Shown: positions 20,915 through 32,378, counted from the stretch's first letter. The stretch is DNA of 64,000 nucleotides from an uncultured Alphaproteobacteria bacterium (GCA_902524895.1 CABZFH010000001.1:254172-318171); one strand, 5' to 3'. A program made the numbers and translations. The notes: generated by a model not told the origin, from the sequence alone.

Positions 20915-21426
20915 GGATAAATCTTTCGCTTTAGATTCATTGACAAAATTAGATTAACAATGTCCTGAGACAAAGACTTGAGAATATTTTCATTAGTATC
21001 TGTCTCTGCGATCAGATTTGCGTAGGAGTTGTCACCAAGATCAAAGCTTGAAAATTTTTCTAAATTTCCCTTTGTAATAGCCCCTACCTTATCATAGAAA
21101 ATATAATCTGCTGTGTAGGTAATGTTGTATTTTGTAGTTGAAAGATCTTTTTGTAAACCTAAGTTACTTTGAGATCGTTCAATTAGAACAATTAGTTTAA
21201 GTGATGAGTTCTTCGAAATCTGTTTATTAATTTTTTGGTTAATGTATTTTTCTACGATTTGAGACTCAAAACGAGAATTTTTATTTTCATTTTTATTTTT
21301 GACTATTACTTGAATTTTGTAATTTAATAGTTTTTCATTTATTTTGTATATAGGTTTAAATCCACAACCAGAGAAATTAAGAACAATAAAAAAAAGAAAA
21401 AGCTTTAGCATGAAATTATAATACAA
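20911..21426 (-). CDS. lptE: LPS-assembly lipoprotein LptE
   Basis: 171 aa. Lipoprotein signal with lipobox (LNFSGC). Sits between leuS and holA. Confidence 0.6.
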   Translation of the reverse strand: MYYNFMLKLFLFFIVLNFSGCGFKPIYKINEKLLNYKIQVIVKNKNENKNSRFESQIVEKYINQKINKQISKNSSLKLIVLIERSQSNLGLQKDLSTTKYNITYTADYIFYDKVGAITKGNLEKFSSFDLGDNSYANLIAETDTNENILKSLSQDIVNLILSMNLKRKIYP

Positions 21427-23941
21427 AATTTATGATTTTATTTTTTATGAATATAGTTTTTTTGATTTTAAAAGAAAATATTTTATTTAAATTATTGTCT
21501 ATTTTTAATAATTTTATTACCTCATTCTCATTTAAATTCTCCTCCACATCTACAATTGCTTTTTTTTTTCCGTTAATCTGAATTACTAACTTTATAAGAT
21601 CTTCCTTAATGTATTTCTCGTTATATTTTGGCCATGAAAGATCACAGATGCTTTTGTTATTGTTATTCTTACTTAATTCCTCAGAAAAATGCGGTGTAAA
21701 GACATAAATTAGTCTTAAAAAAATTGACCACAAGTAATTCTCAAGACGCGTCTCAATTTTTTCATTAGAAAATAAAAAATTTGAAAATTCTCTGAGTTTT
21801 GCAACCGCTGAGTTAAATTTAAAATTCTCAATATCATTATTAAAACTTTTGATCAATTTTTGAGCTTTTTTAACTAAAGCAAGGTGTTCTTCAGTCTGAG
21901 CATCTAGTTCGTCTTCTTTAGTAAATTCAAATTGATTTTTTTTAAGATGTAGAAAAATTTTATTTAAATATTTCCAAACGGATCTTATTCCTTCATCTGA
22001 CCATTCGAGGTCCCTTTCGGGAGGAGAGTCTGACATCATAAAGAGTCTAGCCGTATCTGCTCCAAATTCTTCGATAATAGTGTCTGGATCAATAATATTT
22101 TTCTTTGATTTGCTCATTTTTTCCGATCTTCCTCTAATTACCTCATCACCATTAAGCAAGAAAAATTTATTATTTTTCTTTATTACTTCTGAAGGTTCAA
22201 TCCAGCCATTATCTTTATCTTTATATGTCTCATGACATACCATTCCCTGCGTAAGTAAACTCTTAAAGGGCTCATTTGGCACATCATATTTAGACTTATT
22301 TAATGCTCTCATGAAAAATCGTGAATACAGCAAATGTAAAATAGCATGCTCTATACCCCCAATATATTGGTCAACCGGCATCCAGTTTTCTATCGATTTG
22401 TTAGAAAAGCCTGTTTTGGAATTTAAAGGATCACAAAATCTTAAAAAATACCAAGATGAGTCAAAAAAAGTGTCAAGTGTATCAGTTTCTCTGATTGCTT
22501 TCATTCCTGTTTCATTACAGGTCGTATACTTCCATGTAGGGTGAAGATCAAGAGGATTACCTTTTTGCTCAAAATTAGCATCATCTGGAAGCATTACTGG
22601 TAATTCTTTATCACTTACTGGTAAAATTGCTCCATCCTCTCTATAAATAATTGGTATCGGGCACCCCCAATACCTTTGTCTTGAAACGCCCCAATCTCTT
22701 AGTTTGAAAATTGTTTTTTTTTTTCCTATATTTCGTTCATTAAAAATTGAAATTATTTCTTTTCTTGCTTTTGACATTCTTTTATTGTTTAAAAAATTTG
22801 AATTTATCAGTACAGGGTCTTCATCATCGTTTACTTCAAAAAATTCTTTTTTTTCTGGATTTGAAAATACAGTCTTTATTTCTAAATTAAATTTCTTTGC
22901 AAAATCATAATCTCTTTTATCATGTGCTGGACAACCGAAAATTGACCCTGTTCCATATTCCATCAATACAAAATTTGCCAAAAAAATAGGTAATTTTTTT
23001 CCATTTAATGGATGAATAGCCATATAATCTGTTTTAAAGCCAATCTTTTCAACATCAGTTTTGGCTGTAGTATAAATTTTTTCTTTATTTTCTTTTTTAA
23101 ATTTTTTTAATCTATCATTTGATAAAACATCTTCGCAAAGCGGATGATCAAAAGATAAGGCAATAAATGATGCGCCAAATATTGTTTCAGGTCTTGTGGT
23201 GAACACCGTAATAAATGTGTTATCTTTATCATGAATTTTAAAGAAGATTTCAGCACCATCAGATTTTCCAATCCAATTTTTTTGCATAAACTTAACTTTT
23301 TCTGGCCAATCGTTTAAGTTTGTTAAATTAGAAAGAAGATCTTCAGAGAAATCAGATATTTTGAGAAACCATTGTGAAAGTTTTTTTTTCTCTATTTCTG
23401 CACCTGATCTCCATCCTTTGCCTTCAACCACTTGTTCATTAGCTAATACAGTATTATCAACTGGATCCCAGTTAACAAAACTATCTTTTTTATAAGCTAT
23501 TCCTTTTTTGAAAAATTCAATAAAAAATTGTTGCTGATGTTTGTAATAATCCGGCGAACTGGTTGATATCTCTCTTTTCCAATCAATAGCAAGACCAATC
23601 TTTTTTAATTGGTTTCTCATCGTGCGTATATTTTTTTTAGTCCATTCTTTTGGATTGGTTTTATTTTCAAATGCAGCATTTTCTGCTGGCATCCCAAAGC
23701 TATCCCAACCCATAGGATGGAGTACATTGTAATTATTGGATTTGAAATAACGTGATAAAACATCGCCTAACGTATAATTTCTTACGTGACCCATATGTAT
23801 TTTACCTGAAGGGTATGGAAACATCTCTAAAATGTAATATTTTTTTTTGGATGAACTCGATTGAGATACATTATAGACATCTTTTTCTACCCAAAAATTT
23901 TGCCATTTTTGTTCAATTTGTTTATGGTTGTAAAAATGCAT
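21416..23941 (-). CDS. leuS: Leucine--tRNA ligase
   Basis: 841 aa. HMGHVRNY (HIGH) and KMSKS motifs. Confidence 0.95.
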   Translation of the reverse strand: MHFYNHKQIEQKWQNFWVEKDVYNVSQSSSSKKKYYILEMFPYPSGKIHMGHVRNYTLGDVLSRYFKSNNYNVLHPMGWDSFGMPAENAAFENKTNPKEWTKKNIRTMRNQLKKIGLAIDWKREISTSSPDYYKHQQQFFIEFFKKGIAYKKDSFVNWDPVDNTVLANEQVVEGKGWRSGAEIEKKKLSQWFLKISDFSEDLLSNLTNLNDWPEKVKFMQKNWIGKSDGAEIFFKIHDKDNTFITVFTTRPETIFGASFIALSFDHPLCEDVLSNDRLKKFKKENKEKIYTTAKTDVEKIGFKTDYMAIHPLNGKKLPIFLANFVLMEYGTGSIFGCPAHDKRDYDFAKKFNLEIKTVFSNPEKKEFFEVNDDEDPVLINSNFLNNKRMSKARKEIISIFNERNIGKKKTIFKLRDWGVSRQRYWGCPIPIIYREDGAILPVSDKELPVMLPDDANFEQKGNPLDLHPTWKYTTCNETGMKAIRETDTLDTFFDSSWYFLRFCDPLNSKTGFSNKSIENWMPVDQYIGGIEHAILHLLYSRFFMRALNKSKYDVPNEPFKSLLTQGMVCHETYKDKDNGWIEPSEVIKKNNKFFLLNGDEVIRGRSEKMSKSKKNIIDPDTIIEEFGADTARLFMMSDSPPERDLEWSDEGIRSVWKYLNKIFLHLKKNQFEFTKEDELDAQTEEHLALVKKAQKLIKSFNNDIENFKFNSAVAKLREFSNFLFSNEKIETRLENYLWSIFLRLIYVFTPHFSEELSKNNNNKSICDLSWPKYNEKYIKEDLIKLVIQINGKKKAIVDVEENLNENEVIKLLKIDNNLNKIFSFKIKKTIFIKNKIINFVL

Positions 23942-23943
23942 AA

Positions 23944-24498
23944 TTAAAAAATATCTTTCATAAAATAACTTATACCACCAAATCCTCTCAATTGTTTACC
24001 TTTTAGTCTTTTAAAATTTTTTTCATTAATACCACCTAAAGCAAAGACATTCGATTCTATTAATTTGCTTAAATTTAAAAATTTTATTGGATTTAACGGC
24101 AATTTTTTTTTGTGAGTTTTCGTATAAAAAGCTGGTGATAAAAAAACCAAGTCAACTTTTTTGGAATTAGACGTTATAATTTCTGTTTTGTTATGTACTG
24201 TGGTTGCGCATATTAACTTTCTATTCTTCTTTCTTTTTTTAAAAAAGTTAATGGGAACAAAAATACCATCTGCTTTTAGTCTTAGAGCAATTTCCAATGA
24301 ACCTCTGATAAGAAACTTTATATTATTAAAGCGACAAAATTCGAATAAACTTTTTTCTTTAAAGGAAGTAATTGAAGACGAATAATCTTTGTTAAAAAAA
24401 ATGACGCCTACATTAGAATCTATTTTTTTTAATGCACTTAAATTTTTCTTTTCTAGATCTTTCAGAAAAAACCATTTTTCTGGTAAATTATAAATCAT
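23944..24498 (-). CDS. Thiamine-phosphate synthase family protein (divergent ThiE/TenI-like)
   Basis: 184 aa. C-terminal half resembles ThiE ([29 protein letters not shown]). N-terminal half is divergent. Confidence 0.45.
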   Translation of the reverse strand: MIYNLPEKWFFLKDLEKKNLSALKKIDSNVGVIFFNKDYSSSITSFKEKSLFEFCRFNNIKFLIRGSLEIALRLKADGIFVPINFFKKRKKNRKLICATTVHNKTEIITSNSKKVDLVFLSPAFYTKTHKKKLPLNPIKFLNLSKLIESNVFALGGINEKNFKRLKGKQLRGFGGISYFMKDIF

Positions 24499-25195
24499 GA
24501 ACTCTTCTACAAAAAAAATTGTTTTTAATTATAACAAAGTTTGCAAAGAAATAAGACATTTTGAAAATTTTTATAAAAGAAAACAAAATAGTGTGAATTT
24601 GATGGTTGTCTCTAAGACTTTCACGCAGGAAAAAATTTCTCCTATAATTATCAAAGGACATAAAGACTTTGGTGAAAATAAAGTTCAAGAGGGTTTTGAA
24701 AAATGGAAGGATATTAAAAAAATATATCCAGACATTAAACTTCACCTTATTGGTCCTTTACAATCTAACAAGGTTAATCTTGCCTTGAAAACTTTTGATT
24801 GTATTCATACGATCGATAGAAAAAAAATTGCAAAAAAAATTAATGATTCAATAGAAAACAATTTTCTAGCTAACTTTAAAAAATTTAATTTCTTTATTCA
24901 AATAAATACTGGTTCAGAACCTCAAAAATCAGGAGTCAAACTATCAGAAGTTGATGAATTTTATAAATGGTGTGTAAATGAAACAAATTTAAAAATAATT
25001 GGTTTAATGTGCATACCTCCAATCAATGAACCTCCTAAAACCCATTTTAATATTTTAAAAGAACTAGCAATAAACTACGATTTGCCCCAGTTAAGTATGG
25101 GTATGAGTAACGATTATGCAGAAGCAATTGAATGTGGTTCAACTTTTCTAAGGCTTGGTTCAGTAATTTTTGGCAAACGCGACAAAACTATCTAA
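24497..25195 (+). CDS. yggS: YggS-family PLP-binding protein
   Basis: 232 aa. Alanine-racemase N-domain fold with HLIGPLQSNK and MGMSNDY motifs. Confidence 0.8.
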   Translation: MNSSTKKIVFNYNKVCKEIRHFENFYKRKQNSVNLMVVSKTFTQEKISPIIIKGHKDFGENKVQEGFEKWKDIKKIYPDIKLHLIGPLQSNKVNLALKTFDCIHTIDRKKIAKKINDSIENNFLANFKKFNFFIQINTGSEPQKSGVKLSEVDEFYKWCVNETNLKIIGLMCIPPINEPPKTHFNILKELAINYDLPQLSMGMSNDYAEAIECGSTFLRLGSVIFGKRDKTI

Positions 25196-25931
25196 TTATA
25201 ATTTTACAAGATTTAGAAAGAGTCTTAAGTATTTCTATAAATTCAAGCTTATTAATAGCGATACATCCTTCTGTAAACTTATTCTTCTTTTCTTTGCAAT
25301 GGAGAAATATTGCACTTCCTCTAAATTTTTTTGTCAGCTTTGTGTTGTAGTTTAAAACTGCAATAAGATCATAAGAATTATCATTTCGAAACATCTTTTC
25401 GTGCGCGAAACCGCAAGGTTTTTTTCTTATTTGATTGTACTGAATATCTTTAGAATCAGTGGACCATACGGTTGACCGCACTATGGGGATTTTTTTAAAA
25501 TTGCATTTTAAGTAATCAAATTTATCTTTTCGATACAAAATATAATTTATACGAAATATCCCTTTTGGTGTCTTTCTGTCTCCTTCTCTTGTTTTTTTCC
25601 CAATACCATTTTTGCCAATAAAACAGTCGAAAACTCTTTTATTAAAAATAAAATCTGCTTTATAATTATTTTTAGATTTTATTGTTATATTGAAAGGCAT
25701 GATAAATTTAAGAAAACTAATAAATATAGTATTTATAACAGAAAATAATATTATTTTTAATGATCTAAAATTAATATTAAATAACTTTTTCGGAATCACA
25801 TGCAAGCAAATAAATAATTTAGGAGATTTAGATCTAAATATCTTTGATAATAAGTTTCCACCTGTAATTTTTATGTCCGATGAAAATAAAAATTTAAAAA
25901 AAAATCTTTTAGACTTACCCAAAAAAATCAA
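25188..25931 (-). CDS. L,D-transpeptidase family protein (YkuD domain)
   Basis: 247 aa. Catalytic H...GC motif (GSAIFLHC...FTEGCIAI). The longest ORF overlaps the next gene by 242 nt; an internal Met (about 25700) would remove the overlap. Confidence 0.6.
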   Translation of the reverse strand: MIFLGKSKRFFFKFLFSSDIKITGGNLLSKIFRSKSPKLFICLHVIPKKLFNINFRSLKIILFSVINTIFISFLKFIMPFNITIKSKNNYKADFIFNKRVFDCFIGKNGIGKKTREGDRKTPKGIFRINYILYRKDKFDYLKCNFKKIPIVRSTVWSTDSKDIQYNQIRKKPCGFAHEKMFRNDNSYDLIAVLNYNTKLTKKFRGSAIFLHCKEKKNKFTEGCIAINKLEFIEILKTLSKSCKIIIR

Positions 25932-26367
25932 GGAAGATAACCATTTTTTTTTATTTTCAGAAAAAAAAATCCATGTTCCATTTATTACAAATATTCAGGT
26001 TCCTTTTAAGATTAATGTTTTAGTTAATGAACTGAAAAGAATATCTAATATAAAGTTGAAAAAATCCTTCGTGATTAAAAGTTCTAGTTATGAATATTCT
26101 TTTAGTGAGGCATATTTTAAATCAAAATTTAGTAAAAAAAAAATACATCTAACAGAAATGGAGAATAAACTAGTAAATTTTTTATTATCTGCAAAAAAGG
26201 GTGGAAATAAAAAAGATATTTTATCTGTAGTATGGGGTTATTCAAAGGAATTAAACACTCATACATTAGAGTCAATTATATACAGATTGAGAAAGAAGAT
26301 TGAACTTAATCCTCAAAACCCAAAAATTTTAATTTACAAAAAAAATAAATATTTTATGAAATTATAA
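25690..26367 (+). CDS. Atypical orphan OmpR/PhoB-type winged-helix transcriptional regulator with a degenerate receiver-like N-domain
   Basis: 225 aa. C-terminal trans_reg_C-like segment LTEMENKLVNFLL...ILSVVWGY...LESIIYRLRKKIE. N-terminal about 120 aa is receiver-like but lacks the acidic pocket (IVFITEN instead of DD). No histidine kinase nearby. Confidence 0.55.
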   Translation: MKGMINLRKLINIVFITENNIIFNDLKLILNNFFGITCKQINNLGDLDLNIFDNKFPPVIFMSDENKNLKKNLLDLPKKIKEDNHFFLFSEKKIHVPFITNIQVPFKINVLVNELKRISNIKLKKSFVIKSSSYEYSFSEAYFKSKFSKKKIHLTEMENKLVNFLLSAKKGGNKKDILSVVWGYSKELNTHTLESIIYRLRKKIELNPQNPKILIYKKNKYFMKL

Positions 26368-27150
26368 ATTAATTTTAATCTTTATTGGCACATGATCTGA
26401 TGGCCTGCTGAGAGTTCGAGTATAATCTAATATTTTGATAGAATAATTTTTTTTTTTTAAATCATTCGATATCCATATATGATCCAATCTTCTTCCCCTA
26501 TTATTTATCTTGAAATCTTTCGATCTATAACTCCACCAAGTAAAAACGTTTTCAGGTGGATTGATCTGAGCTCTTACAGCATCATTCCAATTACCAACTT
26601 CAAGAAATTTTAGCAAATATTTTCTTTCAATATCAGTATGGCTTACAACATCTTTGAGTTGTTTGTGTGACCACACATCATCCTCGAAAGGCGCAATATT
26701 GAAGTCACCACAAATCAAGAAATTTTTCGGTGTAATTTTTTTTGACCAACTAATTAAAGCTTTTAGGAAATCTAATTTATTTTTAAATTTAAGATTTATT
26801 TTCTCATCAGGAACGTCACCTCCCGACGGAATATAAAAATTATGAATATGTATACCAAAAATCTTGATACCGATTTGCCTTCCATTATTTAATTGAGATA
26901 GGTCTAAAATATCAAAAGACTCTGCTTCCTGTTGTGTTATTATGGCAACACCGTTGTAAGAAGGTATTCCATGTAAATAAAAATGAGAGTACCCTAATTT
27001 TAAAAACTCATTTTGTGGAAAAGAATCGTTAATTACTTTTGTTTCTTGAAGGCAAATAATATCAGGTTTATATTTTTGGCAAACATTTAAGACTTGCTCA
27101 AGTCTTGTTCGAATTGAATTAACATTCCATGATAGAATTTTAATAATCAT
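26362..27150 (-). CDS. xth: Exodeoxyribonuclease III
   Basis: 262 aa. ILSWNVNSIRTR, CLQETK and DHVPIK motifs of the EEP nuclease family. Confidence 0.9.
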   Translation of the reverse strand: MIIKILSWNVNSIRTRLEQVLNVCQKYKPDIICLQETKVINDSFPQNEFLKLGYSHFYLHGIPSYNGVAIITQQEAESFDILDLSQLNNGRQIGIKIFGIHIHNFYIPSGGDVPDEKINLKFKNKLDFLKALISWSKKITPKNFLICGDFNIAPFEDDVWSHKQLKDVVSHTDIERKYLLKFLEVGNWNDAVRAQINPPENVFTWWSYRSKDFKINNRGRRLDHIWISNDLKKKNYSIKILDYTRTLSRPSDHVPIKIKINL

Positions 27151-27153
27151 TTT

Positions 27154-27756
27154 TTATTTATTCCCAAATGGTATTTGTCTTGGATCTTCTATTATGTAGT
27201 TTTTTTTGTCAATTTTATCATTTATTCTAGTATTTGTAAGATACATTTCTGTTTGATATCCCTGAAAATCTCTAATAACCCACTTTTTTAAATTCAAAGG
27301 AGAACTTTCAAATATTAATTCAACATTGGAGATATTTGATTCATCCATAACTCTTAATTCTATTATTATTATGCCTTCTTTTTTTTCAAATTTTTTTATC
27401 TTGTGATTGTTGATTTTAAATTTATCATCGAGAAGGATTTTTATAGGGAGTTGATTGATGTTATAAAAAGTAATAGTTTTTTGCTTTTTGTTAATAATTG
27501 CCAGTTTTTTACCATCACTTATTATTAAACGATTTGTGGGGGGGTTATATTCTATTCTTAATAGATTTGGTTTAGATAACTTAATATTCCCAGACAAATT
27601 ATCTCCATTAGAATTAATTTGAATAAAGTTGGAATCAAAGGATTTTATTTCATTCAAATAGTTTGAAATACTAATTATATCTTTCTGTTCAGAATTAAAA
27701 CTACTTACAAAGGGAAAAATAAAGATAATTTTTAGAATTTTACAAATCCTTGCCAA
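27154..27756 (-). CDS. lolA: Outer-membrane lipoprotein carrier protein LolA-like
   Basis: 200 aa. Signal peptide; LolA-fold motifs. ftsK-lolA synteny. Confidence 0.65.
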   Translation of the reverse strand: MARICKILKIIFIFPFVSSFNSEQKDIISISNYLNEIKSFDSNFIQINSNGDNLSGNIKLSKPNLLRIEYNPPTNRLIISDGKKLAIINKKQKTITFYNINQLPIKILLDDKFKINNHKIKKFEKKEGIIIIELRVMDESNISNVELIFESSPLNLKKWVIRDFQGYQTEMYLTNTRINDKIDKKNYIIEDPRQIPFGNK

Positions 27757-29923
27757 CTAATACTTCCCTTCTACCGACGTGGTTAGCAGCACTTATAATC
27801 CCCTCAGACTCCATTTTTTCAATTATTCTTGCTGCTCTGTTATAGCCTATTTGAAGTTGCCGTTGGATGAAACTTGTTGACGCTTTTTTCTCTCTACACA
27901 CAATGGCCACAGCTTGATTATATAGTTCGTCATTTTTATCTAGATTCAAATCAAACATATTTTCATTATTTTCTTCTTCTGTTATCGAATCAATATACTC
28001 TGGCTCCCCTTGTAACCGTAAATATGAAACGACTGATTCAACTTCGTGTGTTTTTACAAACGGTCCATGAACTCTCAACAATTTTTTTCCTATCATAGTT
28101 ATTAGTAAGTCACCACGACCTAGCAATTGTTCTCCACCTTGTTCTCCGAGAATTGTTCTGCTATCGATTTTTGATTGAACCTGATAACTGATCCTACTTG
28201 GAAAATTTGATTTGATAGTACCAGTAATCACATCTACCGATGGACGTTGTGTTGCGACTATAAGATGTATACCAGCTGCTCTGGCCATTTGAGATAGTCT
28301 TTGTATTGTTGCCTCGATTTCTTTTCCTGATGTAATCATTAGATCAGCTAATTCATCGACTACAACTACAATTTTAGGAAACATCCTCAAGTCTATTGAT
28401 TTTTTTTCAATCAAAGGTTTGCCTGTCTCAGAATCAAATCCAACTTGAACCTCTTTTTGGATAACCTCCCCCTTTTCTATTAGTCTCTTTACTTTTTGAT
28501 TGTACGACTCAATTTCTCTAACACCAATTTGAGTCATTAATTCGTAGCGGGATTCCATTTCTTTTACTGTCCACTTTAGAGCACTAACAGCTTTTCTTGG
28601 GTCGGTAACTACTTCCGTAAGTAAATGCGGAATATCTTTGTAAACAGACAACTCAAGCATTTTGGGATCAATTAAAATCAAACGGCACTCTTCAGGTGTC
28701 AAACTATATAGAAGTGATAAAATCATCGCATTAATTCCTACAGATTTTCCAGACCCAGTAGTTCCTGCAACCAATAAATGTGGCATTTTTGCAAGATCAA
28801 CAATAACAGGTGTACCAAGAATATCTTTTCCTAAAACAAGCGGAAGCGATAATTTGGTATTGGTAAATTCATGGTTGTTTATTAGCTCTCTTAAAAAAAC
28901 TGTTTGTGATTCTTTATTTGGTATTTCAATTCCTATAGCATCTCTTCCCGGAATTGCTGAAATTCTCGTAGACATAGCACTCATAGATCTTGCAATATCA
29001 GATGATAATCCAATTACAGAAGAGTTTTTTGTTCCCGGAGCAGGAGTCAGTTCGTACAAAGTTACAATTGGACCTTTTTTAACTGCAGTAATGTCACCGT
29101 TAATATTAAAGTCTTTTAATATATTAGTTAACATAATGGTATCTCGCTGGATGTCTCTTGAGTTCGAATGTCTAGTGGTATCGGGGTTCGGTGGTTTTTC
29201 AAGAAGGTCAAATGATGGAAAATTATAATTATCTATGATAGGTTGTTTGAGTATTTTCCCTTTCCTTTTTTTCTGCAAAAAAACAGTGTTATTTTTTTTA
29301 AAAAACATAGACAAATTTAAATTTTTTCTAACTCTTAAAATATATAGTAATAAGGAAACAATTAAGCTGATTAATGAAATTATAAAATAAAAAAAAGTTC
29401 TTAAGTTTTTGATTGTAATATTAAAAGTTATAACAAATAGAGTAATGAAGATTAATATCATTATAACTTTTAAATTTTTAAAAAAAACCTCACTGAATAA
29501 ATGATTTATGATTTCAACGATACCTTTGCCAACAAAACCAGACACTTGATTATTAAAAAACATAAAATCTTTAGGAAAAATTAATGAACAAATGACACTT
29601 AAAACCAGAACCAAAAATGGAAAAGCTGAAATTGATAAAAAATTTATAGAGTTTTTTTTTGAAATTAAAGAAAACGCCCAATAACCCAATACTAATGGAA
29701 TAACAAATGATGCTATTCCAAAGGTTTTAATCAATAAATCAGAAACCACAGCTCCTGAGACACCTAAAACATTATTATTTATTTTAATAGATGAATCATA
29801 TTGAAATAATGAATTATCATTAGTATCATACGTAACAAGACTTAAGAATATTAAAAGACTTAAAGAGGTAGTTGTAATACATGCTAAGTAGTAAAGAGCT
29901 TTACCATTAATTTTAGTAGTCAT
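27740..29923 (-). CDS. ftsK: DNA translocase FtsK
   Basis: 727 aa. N-terminal TM helices, Walker A GTTGSGKS, C-terminal gamma wHTH. Confidence 0.95.
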   Translation of the reverse strand: MTTKINGKALYYLACITTTSLSLLIFLSLVTYDTNDNSLFQYDSSIKINNNVLGVSGAVVSDLLIKTFGIASFVIPLVLGYWAFSLISKKNSINFLSISAFPFLVLVLSVICSLIFPKDFMFFNNQVSGFVGKGIVEIINHLFSEVFFKNLKVIMILIFITLFVITFNITIKNLRTFFYFIISLISLIVSLLLYILRVRKNLNLSMFFKKNNTVFLQKKRKGKILKQPIIDNYNFPSFDLLEKPPNPDTTRHSNSRDIQRDTIMLTNILKDFNINGDITAVKKGPIVTLYELTPAPGTKNSSVIGLSSDIARSMSAMSTRISAIPGRDAIGIEIPNKESQTVFLRELINNHEFTNTKLSLPLVLGKDILGTPVIVDLAKMPHLLVAGTTGSGKSVGINAMILSLLYSLTPEECRLILIDPKMLELSVYKDIPHLLTEVVTDPRKAVSALKWTVKEMESRYELMTQIGVREIESYNQKVKRLIEKGEVIQKEVQVGFDSETGKPLIEKKSIDLRMFPKIVVVVDELADLMITSGKEIEATIQRLSQMARAAGIHLIVATQRPSVDVITGTIKSNFPSRISYQVQSKIDSRTILGEQGGEQLLGRGDLLITMIGKKLLRVHGPFVKTHEVESVVSYLRLQGEPEYIDSITEEENNENMFDLNLDKNDELYNQAVAIVCREKKASTSFIQRQLQIGYNRAARIIEKMESEGIISAANHVGRREVLVGKDL

Positions 29924-29954
29924 TTATACACCATTAATTTAAATTAACATATTC

Positions 29955-31148
29955 ATGAAAAAACATCATTATGATATTACAATAATTGGGGCAGGACTTA
30001 TAGGCTTGTGTATGAGTTCAATGCTTTCAAAGTTAAACAAGAAGATTTTAGTTATTGATAAAAACTCAGTAAACTCAAAAAATTATTTGTTGAATGATAT
30101 CAGAACAACTGCTATTTCACAGGGAACAAAAAGAATCTTAGATAATTTAAAAATATGGCATAAAATAAAAGAATACTCTCAACCAATAAAAAAAATTGAC
30201 GTTTTGGAATCTACCTCTAATAAAAGGATTGTTTTTGATTCAAAGGATTTAGGGGAGGGTGATCTCGGTTATATAGTTTCAAATAGTATCCTAAAAAAAG
30301 AGTTTTTATCAAAAATAAATAAAAGTTCTAGAATCGAAATTATGGACAAAACTGAGGTAAATGATTTAAAAGTTTTTGATATAAGTCAGGATAAATTCCC
30401 AGAAATTCATACTGGCGATAGTATTATAACAAGCAAAATTTTAATAGGGGCTGATGGAAGGTATTCAAATTCCAGGAATCTTATTAATTTGCCTAATTAT
30501 AAATTTGATTACAAGCAAAACGCATATGTTTTTTTTATAACTCACAAAAAAAGTCATTCTTCAAATGCGTTTGAAGTTTTTTTCCCTGAAGGTCCTTTAG
30601 CAATTTTACCAATGTTAAAAGAAAAAAATCAAAATAGATCCTCTGTAGTTTGGACTGTTGATAAAAAATTAGGTGATCTAACAAAATTAAAAAAAAATGA
30701 ATTTAAAAAAATGTTTTTGGAAAAGTATATGAATCTTTTAGGTGATGTGACAAGAATATCCGACCCCCAAAAGTATGAGTTAAATGTTGTTAATGCAAAT
30801 TTAACTATAAAAAATAGGGTTGTTTTTATTGGAGATGCTGCACAAGCAATTCACCCAATAGCGGGTCAAGGATTTAATTTAGGGGTCCGAGATTGTGAGG
30901 TTTTGTTCAGAAATATATCTAGATCATTTGAATTAGGGTTGGATCCTGGTACAATTCTGAGGTTAGAATCTTATTTAAAAGAGAGACTAAGTGATAAATA
31001 TTCATTTATGGGAGCCACTCATTTTTTAAACTTGATTTTTTCAAATAATTCAAGACCTGTAACCAAACTTAGAAAAATCGGTTTAGGAGTTGTGCAGAAA
31101 TCAAACATTTTAAAAAATTTTTTTATGTCCAGAGCTATGGGTCTGTAG
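29955..31148 (+). CDS. UbiH/UbiF/Coq6-family FAD-dependent ubiquinone biosynthesis hydroxylase
   Basis: 397 aa. GAGLIGL FAD motif; GDAAQAIHPIAGQGFNLG. Confidence 0.8.
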   Translation: MKKHHYDITIIGAGLIGLCMSSMLSKLNKKILVIDKNSVNSKNYLLNDIRTTAISQGTKRILDNLKIWHKIKEYSQPIKKIDVLESTSNKRIVFDSKDLGEGDLGYIVSNSILKKEFLSKINKSSRIEIMDKTEVNDLKVFDISQDKFPEIHTGDSIITSKILIGADGRYSNSRNLINLPNYKFDYKQNAYVFFITHKKSHSSNAFEVFFPEGPLAILPMLKEKNQNRSSVVWTVDKKLGDLTKLKKNEFKKMFLEKYMNLLGDVTRISDPQKYELNVVNANLTIKNRVVFIGDAAQAIHPIAGQGFNLGVRDCEVLFRNISRSFELGLDPGTILRLESYLKERLSDKYSFMGATHFLNLIFSNNSRPVTKLRKIGLGVVQKSNILKNFFMSRAMGL

Positions 31149-31449
31149 AATTTTTTTTAAAATTAGCAATCTCTATAATGTACTCCCAGCTATATATACC
31201 AGTTTCATGACCATCATCAAAAAAGAATCTCAAGGCATACTTTCCGACCTTTTCAATATTTGTAATCTTTACTTTTTTAAATCTTCCACTGTTTGGTTCC
31301 TTAGCGTGTTTTTTATTCTCAGCTGATGGACTAGCAGCTCTTAAGAATGACGCATTAAGCAGTAAATTCGTATTTTTGTAAACAAACATTACTTTGCTAC
31401 CAACACTTAGTAATTTAACTGAGTTCGGAATTATATTTTTTGGTTTCAT
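31135..31449 (-). CDS. DUF971 domain protein
   Basis: 104 aa. FDDGHETGIYSWEYI motif. Confidence 0.6.
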   Translation of the reverse strand: MKPKNIIPNSVKLLSVGSKVMFVYKNTNLLLNASFLRAASPSAENKKHAKEPNSGRFKKVKITNIEKVGKYALRFFFDDGHETGIYSWEYIIEIANFKKNSTDP

Positions 31450-31493
31450 ATTCTAATTAATTGTTTGAAATCAATTAAACCACTGATATTTAA

Positions 31494-32171
31494 TTAGGAC
31501 AATGATTGCGAATTGAATGATTCGTTATCACTAATAATCATATCTAGCAGTGAACATAGAATGTGTAATCTTTTCTCTAAGGTTTTTGCCTCTAATAAAG
31601 CTTGTTTTTCAGCGATTGAAAAAGAACATCCCATCGATATTGAATTAATTAAATCTTCATCGCTTGAGGCTTCAATAGCTTGCCAATCAGCTTTGACTTT
31701 TATTTTATTAAAATATGATTTCAATTTTGTTTCTAATACCGATCTTTCTTTAAGCATTGGATGATTGTTAGTTTGCATGTCAGATAAGTAATCTTGCCAA
31801 TCAACCTTAGCTTTTCTGAAACCGTTATGAGTCTCTTTATCCTCGATAATTTTGAATCTGCAAATACCATGAAGAACTATTTCATATCTATTGTCGTTTG
31901 TTTGATTAAATGCGACGATTTTACCGGCACAGCCAACAGGAAACAAGTCCGAGCTATCAGGTGAAGAGTTATCTTTAGTTACATCTGATGGCTGAATCAT
32001 ACCTATATATCGATCTGTTTTTAGTGCGTAATCAAACATATGCAGATATCTGTTTTCAAATAAATTTAGGGGAAGTTTACACTTAGGAAGTAAAAGTGCA
32101 GAACCCAAAGGGAAAATTGGTATCCGCAGCGGCAATTCACTAGCTAATTTCTCAAAGCTATATGTTTTCAA
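31494..32171 (-). CDS. Lon N-terminal (LON substrate-binding) domain protein
   Basis: 225 aa. PIFPLGSALLLPKCKLPLNLFENRY Lon-N motif. No protease domain. Confidence 0.7.
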   Translation of the reverse strand: MKTYSFEKLASELPLRIPIFPLGSALLLPKCKLPLNLFENRYLHMFDYALKTDRYIGMIQPSDVTKDNSSPDSSDLFPVGCAGKIVAFNQTNDNRYEIVLHGICRFKIIEDKETHNGFRKAKVDWQDYLSDMQTNNHPMLKERSVLETKLKSYFNKIKVKADWQAIEASSDEDLINSISMGCSFSIAEKQALLEAKTLEKRLHILCSLLDMIISDNESFNSQSLS

Positions 32172-32303
32172 AAATCTTCTCCAAAATTAAATTATATTGA
32201 TATATATGTTGATTAATTAGATTTTTTAAACGTTTAAATTCTAATTAATTTTCTTACTTCAAAGCGTTGTAAATATAAAATTATAGGGTATATTCAACAA
32301 TAT

Positions 32304-32378
32304 GCGGGAATAGCTCAGTGGTAGAGCATCACGTTGCCAACGTGAGGGTCGCGAGTTCGAATCTCGTTTCCCGCTCCA
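32304..32378 (+). tRNA. tRNA-Gly (anticodon GCC)
   Basis: GCGGGAATAGCTCAGTGGTAGAGCATCACGTTGCCAACGTGAGGGTCGCGAGTTCGAATCTCGTTTCCCGCTCCA. Cloverleaf with 7-bp acceptor stem, anticodon loop TTGCCAA, U73 discriminator, encoded CCA. Confidence 0.9.
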
